Of a stretch of DNA of 64,000 bases, positions 20,079 through 29,615 are shown in pieces. A program made the position numbers and the translations under genes. How positions within the stretch are numbered: the first letter of the stretch is position 1; the number at the start of each line of letters is the position of its first letter. Origin of the DNA: a virus; the IMG/VR virus record IMGVR_UViG_3300006750_000002, positions 126,909 through 190,908 of that record; one strand, written 5' to 3'. The notes beneath the pieces are model-generated. The model was not told the origin of the DNA. It did not search any database and saw only the letters and a list, made by a program, of their open reading frames with translations.

Positions 20079-20462
20079 GTGGTTTTAATAATAAATATAA
20101 TCTTAAAGGTATTTATATGTATGGAATTATCAATAGGTAAAAATACACTACCGATAGAAGTTAGAGACACACCTACTCAAATACAATTAGGTATGATGGG
20201 GAGAAAAAAATTAGTCGGAGGTATGTTATTCGTATTTTCAGAAGTACGTGAACAATCTTTTTGGATGAAAAATTGTCTAATACCCTTAGATATTATAATG
20301 TTGGTGAATAGGGTAGTGACACACATACATCATGACTGCCATCCATGCATAACTAATCAATGTAATAGTTATCAAGGAATTGGTAATGAAGTGTTAGAAT
20401 TAAATGGTGGTGATGCCGTTAGATTGGGAATCGAAGAGGGTCACACTTTAAACTTTATGTGA
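20079..20462 (+). CDS. DUF192 (UPF0127) family protein
   Basis: LGMMGR...GGMLFVF...FWMKNCLIPLDII...VLELNGG; probable start ATG 20121. Confidence 0.88.
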   Translation: MVLIINIILKVFICMELSIGKNTLPIEVRDTPTQIQLGMMGRKKLVGGMLFVFSEVREQSFWMKNCLIPLDIIMLVNRVVTHIHHDCHPCITNQCNSYQGIGNEVLELNGGDAVRLGIEEGHTLNFM

Positions 20463-20486
20463 TTTCCCAACAAAACTCACAAATGT

Positions 20487-22412
20487 TCAGTTAATCTTTT
20501 CACCTATTTTATTTAATAATTCGTGGGCTAACCCCACATTACCCATAGCTTTAACCACGTCAGTTTTACCCACAATAGGGACCTTCTCAATAACAGACTT
20601 TAATGTACTTAAGATTTTAGGGACCTCATCTATGGCTAGTTTTTCTAATCCCTGTTCCCCAACAAATGCGGTAAAATCACTAATACCTGTGGGGTCTGGA
20701 GCTAATTGAACTATTCTGGAACTTAAATCAAGTAAATCAGACGTTACAGTAAACATCTCCTTTTCAATAACTTTCAAGTCACTCGCGTTAGGTGAATCCT
20801 TAAACTTATCTAAAGCTATTTCTAAATCTGTATTGTTCTTTTTAATTTCGTATACATTTTTACCTATTAAAGCTAACATGACTGGCATCCCTACTACCCC
20901 TGTAGCACCGATGGCTGCTGCTCCTAAATCACCTAATGCGTCTGTTATAAAGGAAGTCTCTAATAAAGTTTTCTTTATATTATATTTAATTTCATTAACA
21001 CTACTATTGTCTATTTTTTCTTTTAATGTTTTAACTATTTCTTTTTGTACCCATTTCACGAACTCTACATAACGAGTAGTTTGACCATCAGGTTTCTTAT
21101 AAGACCCTTCAGGGTTCCTCTTAGCTCTCGAGAAGAAATTAAGTCCACTTACATTTGTTATGCATTTATGCCCTCCACTATTGGCTTGAATTACATCCCA
21201 AGCGGACACCGTTATAGTGTCTAGAATTTGTTTTTCCTCTTCATTTAAATCTTGCCAGGGAGTATCAATTATGTTCACCACTTCCCCATATACTGGCAAC
21301 TCTACAGGCGGCATGTTATTAAGTTTGTCTTTATTGCGTCCTTTATATAATGCAAATAAGTCTGAAGTTTTAAAACCAATACTAGAGTCATCCGCTTTGG
21401 TTTCCCCTATTCTTTTGATGACAGAAACAGGAATCTGATGTTGTTTTAATTGAGGTTCGATTTTCTTAAGTACCTCTTGTGCGATATCTGCTAAATTAAT
21501 TCCTTTAAGGGCTCTATCTTCTTTAAATGGGTTACAGGATGCCTGTACTAAACCCATCGGCCATGCGATTACTAAAAAGTCAGCGTCTGGATATATTTTA
21601 AACGGTGTGTAACGGTCATAGGAACCTGGTTTAAATAAACTTCCTCCTCCATACTGTACAATTATATTATCCTCTAAAGTAAGTTTATCACTTTCTTCTT
21701 GGGATTTAATGTACTTTTCTTGGTTAACCTTCATTTGTTCTGGTGTAGTGAAATTTTCGTCTCCAGCAATCGAATTAATATTATGAAAAATATTCATTAA
21801 GGATGGGGAAGACCTATCTACAAGTGCTTCTAAGAACCCTGGTTTATTTTTGTAAGCTAATAACAACTTATTGGTTAAGAGGGCTAACATCCATTTATTA
21901 CTTGGGACCGTACCGTTAGAGTCGAACTTTTTAATGTAATTCATTACATCATCTGGTGTGAGACCATGTTTTGCGTAATCAGCACTATCGACTGTTGATA
22001 TTCTCATTACGTCATCTGTAGTAAAGATGTCACTAGGACTTACAACCTGAGAAAGTGTTTCTACATTAGAACGAGCTCCTCTAAATTGTGTTGAGGTATC
22101 GCCCTCTACACCAGATTGACTGTCATGGTGGTCAGTATGTATAGTGAACATTGGTTTACCATGAGCAAAGTCTACTAATACTTGCATTGTGTCTCCTTCA
22201 GCTTTTGGTTTAGCTACAGAAAATTCTTTATCACCATATTGTATAACGTGTGTGTCCACCACCTCCACGCCATACTTTTCTAAATATTCTTTCATAGCAA
22301 TAGCCGACACTACCCCATCTAAATCTTGGTGAAAATAAATTTCCGCTTTAGGATATCTTTTTACTATTTGGTTAATATCCTGTATCCCACTTTCTTTGAT
22401 TATTTTTTCCAT
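20487..22412 (-). CDS. DHH-family phosphoesterase fused to a hydrophobic C-terminal module
   Basis: FHQDLDG, VDFA, HTDHHD, STVDSA; C-terminal GAAAIGATG module after VNE/LLE. Confidence 0.72.
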   Translation of the reverse strand: MEKIIKESGIQDINQIVKRYPKAEIYFHQDLDGVVSAIAMKEYLEKYGVEVVDTHVIQYGDKEFSVAKPKAEGDTMQVLVDFAHGKPMFTIHTDHHDSQSGVEGDTSTQFRGARSNVETLSQVVSPSDIFTTDDVMRISTVDSADYAKHGLTPDDVMNYIKKFDSNGTVPSNKWMLALLTNKLLLAYKNKPGFLEALVDRSSPSLMNIFHNINSIAGDENFTTPEQMKVNQEKYIKSQEESDKLTLEDNIIVQYGGGSLFKPGSYDRYTPFKIYPDADFLVIAWPMGLVQASCNPFKEDRALKGINLADIAQEVLKKIEPQLKQHQIPVSVIKRIGETKADDSSIGFKTSDLFALYKGRNKDKLNNMPPVELPVYGEVVNIIDTPWQDLNEEEKQILDTITVSAWDVIQANSGGHKCITNVSGLNFFSRAKRNPEGSYKKPDGQTTRYVEFVKWVQKEIVKTLKEKIDNSSVNEIKYNIKKTLLETSFITDALGDLGAAAIGATGVVGMPVMLALIGKNVYEIKKNNTDLEIALDKFKDSPNASDLKVIEKEMFTVTSDLLDLSSRIVQLAPDPTGISDFTAFVGEQGLEKLAIDEVPKILSTLKSVIEKVPIVGKTDVVKAMGNVGLAHELLNKIGEKIN

Positions 22413-22427
22413 ATAATATAAATAGTA

Positions 22428-23048
22428 TTAGTACTCACAATTGGAAAATAAATTGGATTCCTTTATTCTTCTATTACATACACCAAAAGGACAATTCCAG
22501 GACTTAATCTTTTTAGCTGCTTCATCAAATTTACCATATTTGACATCTTGAATCCATGCACTTAATCTAATACCAGGGTTATTTCTACTTCCTTCACAAC
22601 CCGTATTAAAGGCTAAAGAAACCATTGCATCGTACTGACATTGGTTTAATTTAGCACCAGGTAAATCATTTGCACTCCAAACCTTTACTATTCTATTAAC
22701 ACAACCTTCAAACCCACGTAAGTCTTCTTTTAAATACTGTATGGCCTCTTCTTGAGTTATAACCTTCCCTTCGGTAGCATGTTTACCAGTGTGACCATAA
22801 CCTATGGTTAATGTACCTTTAGGTATACCATTTTTATACCTACTACTGTCATATTTTATAGGTGGGTCATTATAATAGCCGTCATCATAGGTGTATAGTA
22901 CAGGTTCACCACCCACCCCTTCATCGTCTGTTAAGAAAGTGATAAGTTGGTCAGACGAAGAAGTGGGCGTCACAACAATCTCCTCTTCCTCAATTAATAA
23001 AGAAAGTTCACTTATAAGTTTCATACCTATAAATACCATAATAAACAA
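22428..23048 (-). CDS. phage lysozyme (GH24) with acidic leader
   Basis: E...Y D...TLTIGYGHT, LNQCQYDAMVSLAFNTG, RRIKESNLF; probable start ATG 23024. Confidence 0.88.
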   Translation of the reverse strand: MFIMVFIGMKLISELSLLIEEEEIVVTPTSSSDQLITFLTDDEGVGGEPVLYTYDDGYYNDPPIKYDSSRYKNGIPKGTLTIGYGHTGKHATEGKVITQEEAIQYLKEDLRGFEGCVNRIVKVWSANDLPGAKLNQCQYDAMVSLAFNTGCEGSRNNPGIRLSAWIQDVKYGKFDEAAKKIKSWNCPFGVCNRRIKESNLFSNCEY

Positions 23049-23054
23049 TAATGA

Positions 23055-23324
23055 CTATTTGCCCAACTCCCTTTGTAGGTACCAAAGGGCTTTTTCTAAG
23101 TCTTGTTGGATGTCGTCTTTTTTCCCCGCACGTGAAATATATTTTATCACATTCCCTAAATTAAAATTTAGGCCCCAGGACTCAATCACCTTAATAGCTT
23201 CATAGGGGTTGTCTTCACCACCGTAATGGAGAGGATGGTTCACAGCATTAGAATCCTCCAGATTTGTTTTGAGGATACTAGAAGTAGACATTTGCCTATT
23301 ACTTTGTGATTTCTTGAATAACAT
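23055..23324 (-). CDS. DUF3310 family protein
   Basis: VNHPLHY...EAIKVI...FNLGNVIKYISRAGKK...DLEKALWYL. Confidence 0.88.
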   Translation of the reverse strand: MLFKKSQSNRQMSTSSILKTNLEDSNAVNHPLHYGGEDNPYEAIKVIESWGLNFNLGNVIKYISRAGKKDDIQQDLEKALWYLQRELGK

Positions 23325-23625
23325 TATCGACTGGGGATAGAACGTCTTTATATTCCTTCTCTAAATCTCCTATTAAATCCAATACTCGACTAGTTAGAGC
23401 CTCAACCTTGTTAACATCTGATTTGAGAATACTAATTAACTCTACTTTGGTTTCGATGTCTCCGGGTAGGACAAGTACTTTATAACCAAATTGTTCAGAC
23501 AGGCCTTTAGCAAACGCTTTTAATTCTTCCTGCGGGGGTACTCTTAATAGTTGGACCACTAGTATAGGTTCGTATTTTTCATTTAGTAAGGTTTCCAGCT
23601 TAGTTAGTAGTTCTGTATCTTTCAT
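23299..23625 (-). CDS. hypothetical protein
   Basis: ORF 108 aa. Confidence 0.65.
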   Translation of the reverse strand: MKDTELLTKLETLLNEKYEPILVVQLLRVPPQEELKAFAKGLSEQFGYKVLVLPGDIETKVELISILKSDVNKVEALTSRVLDLIGDLEKEYKDVLSPVDNVIQEITK

Positions 23626-23801
23626 TTTTTTCTTTTAGTGTTAAATGTGTAATTTTATCCCATTTTTAGGGTAACGATAGTTTCTTTTTGAATAATACAG
23701 TGACTCCACCTGAAGATAAAGAGTTTCAAGTGATAATAGTGTTAGTACTGACCATATATTTAATGGTCTTTTGTGGAATGGCATAATTCTTTTGGGATTA
23801 C

Positions 23802-23831
23802 TTGTTTTATCAAAAAAAGTTATTATCTTTG
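23802..23831 (+). promoter_or_regulatory. Bacteroidota sigma-70-type promoter
   Basis: TTG (23802-04), 19 nt, TATCTTTG (23824-31). Confidence 0.65.
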
Positions 23832-23866
23832 TATTCTAATAATATTAATAAACTACAATAAAATAA

Positions 23867-24655
23867 ATGATAATGGTAGAAAAAATTATGGAACCTTTAA
23901 CACAATCTGACATCGAAACCGTCGCCCCATCAGTTTACGCTACAACACCGTCAACTAACGTGTCCGATAAATATACTTTTATTCCCACCACCCAAATAAT
24001 GAATGATTTAGGTCAGGAGGGTTGGCAGGTGTATGATGCGAGTCAAAGAAATTCAAGAAGTGGGCAAGACATGTTTACAAAACATATGTTGAGATTTAGA
24101 AACGAGGATGTTCCCATGGTTGGAGGAATCGTCCCTGAAATTCTTCTCACTAATTCCCATGATGGTAGAAACGCTTTTAACCTCCACGCTGGGTTATTCA
24201 GGCTAGTTTGTTCCAATGGGTTGGTAATCGCAGACCAGACTTTTGAAAAAGTTAAAATTAAACATCAGTGGTATGACCTTAAAGATGTGCAAAGAATTAC
24301 AGATGATGTTATAACGTCTATCCCCACTATTATGAGTCGTGTTGACGACTTTAAAAATACTAAACTTAGTGATGCAGCTAAAAAAGATTTCGCTAAGAAA
24401 GCAATATTAGCTCGTTGGAAGAGTGGTCAAGAGTACATCCCCTTGACTGAAATTTTAAAACCAACCCGAGGGGAAGACCGAGGAGATAAATTGTGGGAAG
24501 TATTTAATTTGGTCCAGGAAAAAATCATCAGAGGTGGTATCACTTACTATCTAGCTTCTGGAAGGCAACAAACCGTTAGAGAGCTAACCAACATTGACCA
24601 AAGGTTAAACGTAAATAAAAAATTATGGACACTCGCTGAAGAGTATGTGTCGTAA
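23867..24655 (+). CDS. DUF932/DUF945 family protein
   Basis: SDKYTFIPT, TKHMLRFR, EILLTNSHDG...AGLFRLVCSNGL, LWEVFNLVQE, LNVNKKLW. Confidence 0.9.
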   Translation: MIMVEKIMEPLTQSDIETVAPSVYATTPSTNVSDKYTFIPTTQIMNDLGQEGWQVYDASQRNSRSGQDMFTKHMLRFRNEDVPMVGGIVPEILLTNSHDGRNAFNLHAGLFRLVCSNGLVIADQTFEKVKIKHQWYDLKDVQRITDDVITSIPTIMSRVDDFKNTKLSDAAKKDFAKKAILARWKSGQEYIPLTEILKPTRGEDRGDKLWEVFNLVQEKIIRGGITYYLASGRQQTVRELTNIDQRLNVNKKLWTLAEEYVS

Positions 24656-24675
24656 AAAATATAAAGTTATATAAA

Positions 24676-24707
24676 ATGAAAAACCCTCCTACTGGAGGGT
24701 TTTTCAT
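24676..24707. terminator. bidirectional terminator between convergent genes
   Basis: perfect inverted repeat ATGAAAAACCCTCC-TACT-GGAGGGTTTTTCAT. Confidence 0.85.
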
Positions 24708-24716
24708 TTAGACATG

Positions 24717-24941
24717 CTATTTTCTGTCTAGGATTTTCAATAAGAGGATAACCGCAATTAATCCTACAAATCCCGAACTACCCAGGGAATTAATAAGACC
24801 AGTAACATTGCCTACCACATCCATACCGAATATGGGTGTGCCGAACAATACTTGAACTAACACCCCTACCGATAAGAAAGTGATTAGTAAGTCAGATACT
24901 CCAGTAAAAAATCCTTTAATCATGTTAAAAACGTTTTCCAT
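24717..24941 (-). CDS. small membrane protein
   Basis: two to three hydrophobic helices. Confidence 0.7.
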   Translation of the reverse strand: MENVFNMIKGFFTGVSDLLITFLSVGVLVQVLFGTPIFGMDVVGNVTGLINSLGSSGFVGLIAVILLLKILDRK

Positions 24942-25229
24942 TTTAATGTTTTTTTAAAGGTTTAGGTACATACACGTGCTTTGTACTAGTGGTAGAATAC
25001 TATAATCCTATTCACTACTCAAATAATTAAGTGGATATGTTATAAAAATAGGGGTAGTCTAAATATTTTTTTTATCGTGCAACTCTACAACAAACCCATA
25101 TATTGTCCCCTACTTTAAGTGGCCATTAGTTTTTTTTACTATTTTGGTGGTGGCATATTAAGGTAAAGTATTATTTTTACGATGAAAAAATAGATTGGTT
25201 TTGTACCTTTTTTTCCCTATATTTGTATT

Positions 25230-27017
25230 ATGGGTGAAAAAATTAATAAATGGGACACACTTTTTAAGGGTGTAGATGAAAAATTTGAGTTATTATCTTA
25301 TGAAGATTGTAACGTAGTAGACGGAAACGGGGGTGAACTAGTGAAAAAAACTAGTGTACCTTATGTACATAAAAAACATAGTAAGAGAACGAAACATGTT
25401 GAGGTTAGGCACTTCACACCAAAAACAGAGGTGATGGCTCTTGGTGAAAAGGAATGGTTAGAAAAATCGGTACAGGTACTTAATAGTGCTTTAGTGAGGA
25501 GAACTACTGTAGTGTTAGAAAAGAATGAAGATAAGGTTAAACTTTCTATGTTTAATTTTCGTAAAAGGAGACAGGTGGGACACCGATATTTCGCTAAAGG
25601 TAGTAAGGATATTCACATTACTTTTAATTTAAAAACTAAGAACTTCTACATTACCAACTCTCATTTTGCACATAGACGTAGAACCACCTCCGTCACTAAA
25701 AATGATTTTTCAAAAATTATTAATCAAATACATTCTTTAACGTTCACCAACCCATTTGGCCCACTAGTCCATCCTGAAACCCAACGAGGTACGACAACAC
25801 CCCCAAACGTTAACGCATTAAAAGCTTTAATAGGGTTAGTGGAAGAATTAGAGTTGGACATTACGGTATTGCCTAATAGTGTGAACTCACCAGGGGATTT
25901 GTTAGGAACAATTATAATGGAATGGTTTATAAAGGTGTGGAAAATTAAAACACCCAACGACTACACTTACTACCTGTTAAAACATTATCCTGGAATTAAA
26001 AAACTAAGAAAATATAATATGAGTTTAATTCATACTATATTAGGTGAAAGGGGACTTAAAGGTAAGTTTTATAATAAATTACTTAATCTTGAACCAGAAA
26101 TTAATGTTACAGACCTACACTTACTCCAGAGAACCTTAGGGGATGATGGGGTAAAAAGAATCTCCGTACATATATTAGCTTCTAGTAAAACTTTCGAAGA
26201 TACTAAGTTCACCCAACCCGAACATCTAATTACTAATGTAGGGTATTGGGATAAGCTTTCTAAATATGAGAAAAATAATATAATCAATATATACAATACC
26301 TGTAAAGACCCTACTAGAATTCAAGGATTTATAGATTTATTGTTGGACCACTTTAAAATTAAAAATAAATTACAAGGTTATGGTGTTATTAAAAATATAA
26401 AATCTAAAACCCTGGATAAATTTAATGACGAACATAGTGAATGGTCTAATTTACTTCACGGATGTGAAAGAACCACACAAGTCAATTACCTATACCCAGA
26501 TAACTTTTTAACTCATATAGAAAAACCTATAGAATTAGATGGTAACATATATTTTGTGAAAGTATTAAAGGACGATAGTGATTACTTTAAAGAAGGGCAA
26601 ATTCAAAATCACTGCGTAAGAACTTATTTGGATAGATACACAAGTATTATAATTTCAGTTAGAAAAAATCATGAAAGTGGAATGGAAAGAATGACTTGTG
26701 AGTTTAGGAAGGAGTGGTATGCGAGAGGGGGAGAAGAGTACAATACACCAACGTTATCTCAAGCTAGAATGAAATACAATAATATTCCACAAGGAGACTG
26801 GGAAGTTATTATGAAGTTATTACGAAAAGAATTTTTAGATTATAGTTGTAAACCTAAAAATAATACAATGCCAATAATTAAGATTAGTAATAAAATGACA
26901 AACCATGTTGAGACTTTAAAATATGACGTAGAAGTTAATCGGTTTATAAGTGATGGCGTACCCACCACACCAAGGGATAGACGTGAAAATTATGTTGGAG
27001 ATGATTTACCTTTTTAA
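25230..27017 (+). CDS. PcfJ-like domain protein
   Basis: LKDDSDYFKEGQIQNHCVRTY...IISVR...RMTCEF...QARMKYN; TATATTTG at 25218-25225. Confidence 0.75.
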   Translation: MGEKINKWDTLFKGVDEKFELLSYEDCNVVDGNGGELVKKTSVPYVHKKHSKRTKHVEVRHFTPKTEVMALGEKEWLEKSVQVLNSALVRRTTVVLEKNEDKVKLSMFNFRKRRQVGHRYFAKGSKDIHITFNLKTKNFYITNSHFAHRRRTTSVTKNDFSKIINQIHSLTFTNPFGPLVHPETQRGTTTPPNVNALKALIGLVEELELDITVLPNSVNSPGDLLGTIIMEWFIKVWKIKTPNDYTYYLLKHYPGIKKLRKYNMSLIHTILGERGLKGKFYNKLLNLEPEINVTDLHLLQRTLGDDGVKRISVHILASSKTFEDTKFTQPEHLITNVGYWDKLSKYEKNNIINIYNTCKDPTRIQGFIDLLLDHFKIKNKLQGYGVIKNIKSKTLDKFNDEHSEWSNLLHGCERTTQVNYLYPDNFLTHIEKPIELDGNIYFVKVLKDDSDYFKEGQIQNHCVRTYLDRYTSIIISVRKNHESGMERMTCEFRKEWYARGGEEYNTPTLSQARMKYNNIPQGDWEVIMKLLRKEFLDYSCKPKNNTMPIIKISNKMTNHVETLKYDVEVNRFISDGVPTTPRDRRENYVGDDLPF

Positions 27018-27064
27018 TCATATTTTGTATATTTTATTAAAATAAATTTTTTATAATAATTAAG

Positions 27065-28141
27065 ATGAGAGTAAAATTAGAATATATTTGGTTGGACGGT
27101 AACGAACCTACTCAGAAACTAAGGAGTAAGACTAAAATTTGGGATTATTACCACATGACAGACCCTCTAGAATTAAATGGTAGGGTATTAGCATATAACG
27201 GAAGAGTAATTCCTAGTCCAGATGAACTACCTAATTGGAATTTTGATGGGTCCTCCACTAACCAAGCTAAAGGTAATAAATCGGATTGTGTATTAAAACC
27301 GGTTCGTATTGTAATGGACCCACAAAGGTTAGACGGTTTTTTAGTTATGTGTGAGGTAATGAATAGTGATGGTACACCACATAAAACTAATAAAAGACAT
27401 AATTTAATTGACGACCCAGAGTATTGGTTTGGTTTCGAACAAGAATACATCTTAACTAAAACTGGTACCCCACTAGGGTTCCCTACTGAAGGTTACCCAA
27501 AACCACAAGGAGACTATTACTGTGGTTTAGGTTCAGAGAATGTGGTGGGTAGAGATATCGTAGAAGAACACTTACAGGTCTGTTTAGAAGCTAACCTTAA
27601 TATTACAGGTACTAACGCAGAGGTAATGATTGGACAATGGGAATACCAAATACTCTCAAAAGGGGCTAAAAAAGCGAGTGATGAATTATGGTTATCTAGG
27701 TTTTTATTAATTAGACTAACTGAAAAGTATGACTTAAGAGTAGACTTTAAACCAAAACCTGTCGAGGGTGATTGGAATGGTTCTGGGTTGCATGTGAATT
27801 TTTCTAGTGACTTAACAAGAGAAGTTGGAGGGGAAGAAATGTTTAATTCAATATGTGAAAAATTAGGTAACACACATAGTAAACATATGGAGGTTTATGG
27901 GGAAGAAAACAACAAAAGACTTACGGGTTTACACGAAACACAACACATTAATAAATTTAGTTATGGGGTTAGTGATAGAGGAGCTAGTATCCGAATACCA
28001 CCTTCAACTGTAGAAAATGGTTGGAAGGGTTATTTAGAAGATAGAAGGCCGGCAAGTAACGCGGACCCATACCTATTGACGGGTACAATATACGATACTC
28101 TATTAAAGGCAGAAGATAAATTTAGAACAATAGAAGTTTAA
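27065..28141 (+). CDS. glnII: glutamine synthetase type II
   Basis: LEYIWLDG, FDGSST, GFEQEY, QGDYYCG, NAEVMIGQWEYQ, GDWNGSG, RLTGLHET, DRGASIRIP, EDRRPASNADPY. Confidence 0.93.
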   Translation: MRVKLEYIWLDGNEPTQKLRSKTKIWDYYHMTDPLELNGRVLAYNGRVIPSPDELPNWNFDGSSTNQAKGNKSDCVLKPVRIVMDPQRLDGFLVMCEVMNSDGTPHKTNKRHNLIDDPEYWFGFEQEYILTKTGTPLGFPTEGYPKPQGDYYCGLGSENVVGRDIVEEHLQVCLEANLNITGTNAEVMIGQWEYQILSKGAKKASDELWLSRFLLIRLTEKYDLRVDFKPKPVEGDWNGSGLHVNFSSDLTREVGGEEMFNSICEKLGNTHSKHMEVYGEENNKRLTGLHETQHINKFSYGVSDRGASIRIPPSTVENGWKGYLEDRRPASNADPYLLTGTIYDTLLKAEDKFRTIEV

Positions 28142-28143
28142 AA

Positions 28144-28422
28144 ATGAAAATAACATTATTTAGTCAGTGGGAGTGTAAAACCTGTGTGGAACTTAAAGAA
28201 AAACTAAAAGAAGAAAAGATAACCTATAAAATTATAGAAGTCTTAGACCATAAAGAACTGTGGAAAGAAATTAGAGAACGACAACTTCAGTTAGAACCTA
28301 AAAGTATAATGTATACCCCCACTTTGTTAGTGGAGAGTAATGGTGTTGGGGTTTATATTTCAGCTGGTAGAGATTTTGATGGGGTAGAAGAGGCTTTAAA
28401 CAAACTAAAAGAATATTTATAA
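28144..28422 (+). CDS. glutaredoxin-like protein
   Basis: CKTC...YTPTL thioredoxin fold. Confidence 0.7.
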   Translation: MKITLFSQWECKTCVELKEKLKEEKITYKIIEVLDHKELWKEIRERQLQLEPKSIMYTPTLLVESNGVGVYISAGRDFDGVEEALNKLKEYL

Positions 28423-28424
28423 TT

Positions 28425-28736
28425 ATGGAAGTAAATGATAACACTTTAGAAAAAACTCTAAAAGATAATAAGGTAGTTTTATTAGATTTTTGGGCAGAAT
28501 GGTGTGGGCCTTGCAGATTATTAGGCCCTACTATGGAAGAATTAAAAACAGATTTTGAAGGTAAAGCACTTGTAGGTAAGATAAATGTCACAGACAATCC
28601 TCACTCCTCTGACGAGTATGGGGTACGAAGTATTCCCACAGTCATCATGTATAAAGATGGTAAAGAGGTAGAAAGGTTGGTAGGTATCAGGGATAAAACT
28701 TTTTATAGTGATAAAATTAATTATTATTTAAATTAA
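28425..28736 (+). CDS. trxA: thioredoxin
   Basis: LLDFWAEWCGPC, VRSIPT. Confidence 0.95.
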   Translation: MEVNDNTLEKTLKDNKVVLLDFWAEWCGPCRLLGPTMEELKTDFEGKALVGKINVTDNPHSSDEYGVRSIPTVIMYKDGKEVERLVGIRDKTFYSDKINYYLN

Positions 28737-28737
28737 A

Positions 28738-29010
28738 ATGAAAACATTGTTATTATATTCTGAAGAGGGTTGTCCTTGGTGTACTCAGATGAAAGGTTTA
28801 TTGGAAGAAAATAATATTAGGTTCTTAGTTAGAGATATTGAGAGATATGATAAGGAGTGGGAGAAGGTTAGTGAAGAAGCTAAAACAGAGTACATCCCAA
28901 CAGCTTGTATAGTAGACCACCAAGAAAAAACCAAAACTTATTTAACACCAGATGTCGACTTTGACGAGATTGAAGAAGGTGTGGAGAAAATTAAAATATT
29001 AATGAAATAA
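28738..29010 (+). CDS. glutaredoxin-like protein
   Basis: CPWC...YIPT. Confidence 0.75.
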   Translation: MKTLLLYSEEGCPWCTQMKGLLEENNIRFLVRDIERYDKEWEKVSEEAKTEYIPTACIVDHQEKTKTYLTPDVDFDEIEEGVEKIKILMK

Positions 29011-29612
29011 TGGGATTAGATATTTCATATTATAGTAATGTAAAACGTATACCTGACGAAGAAATTCCAGCGGGTGTGGAACCATTTAACCGAGCCTATG
29101 ATGATTGGGTATATGGTTTTTATGATAAAGGGTATAATCTACATTATATTGACACAGATAGGGGTTTGTTTGGTGGCCACATGAAAGGGTTAGAACCTGG
29201 ATGGTATAAAACCAAATCTGGAGATGAAGGTGGTTATCTTAGAGCGGGAAGTTATTCGGGATACAATGAGTGGAGAAGCGACCTTGCGTTAGCGGCAGGT
29301 TACCCTGGTGGGGCAGAAGAAGTTTGGAGTATGTCTGATAAACTCTACCAACCAGATAGCCCACCCTTTTTAGAATTAATTTATTTTTCTGACTCTGATG
29401 GTATCATAGGTCCAGAGGTTAGTAAAAAACTTTATAATGATTTTGTTAAGTACGAAAATAATATTAAACAAGTAATAGATACATGGTACCTTAAATTTGA
29501 CCCCAAAAAAGAGTTCGATACCGGTCAGTTCAAATGGTTCATTCACAAATATGAGGAATGGAAAGAGGCTTTTAAAACTGCGTCAGAAAACGGGTTTGTC
29601 TCCTTTCACTAA
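29010..29612 (+). CDS. hypothetical phage protein
   Basis: MGLDI start; ORF 200 aa. Confidence 0.75.
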   Translation: MGLDISYYSNVKRIPDEEIPAGVEPFNRAYDDWVYGFYDKGYNLHYIDTDRGLFGGHMKGLEPGWYKTKSGDEGGYLRAGSYSGYNEWRSDLALAAGYPGGAEEVWSMSDKLYQPDSPPFLELIYFSDSDGIIGPEVSKKLYNDFVKYENNIKQVIDTWYLKFDPKKEFDTGQFKWFIHKYEEWKEAFKTASENGFVSFH

Positions 29613-29615
29613 AAC

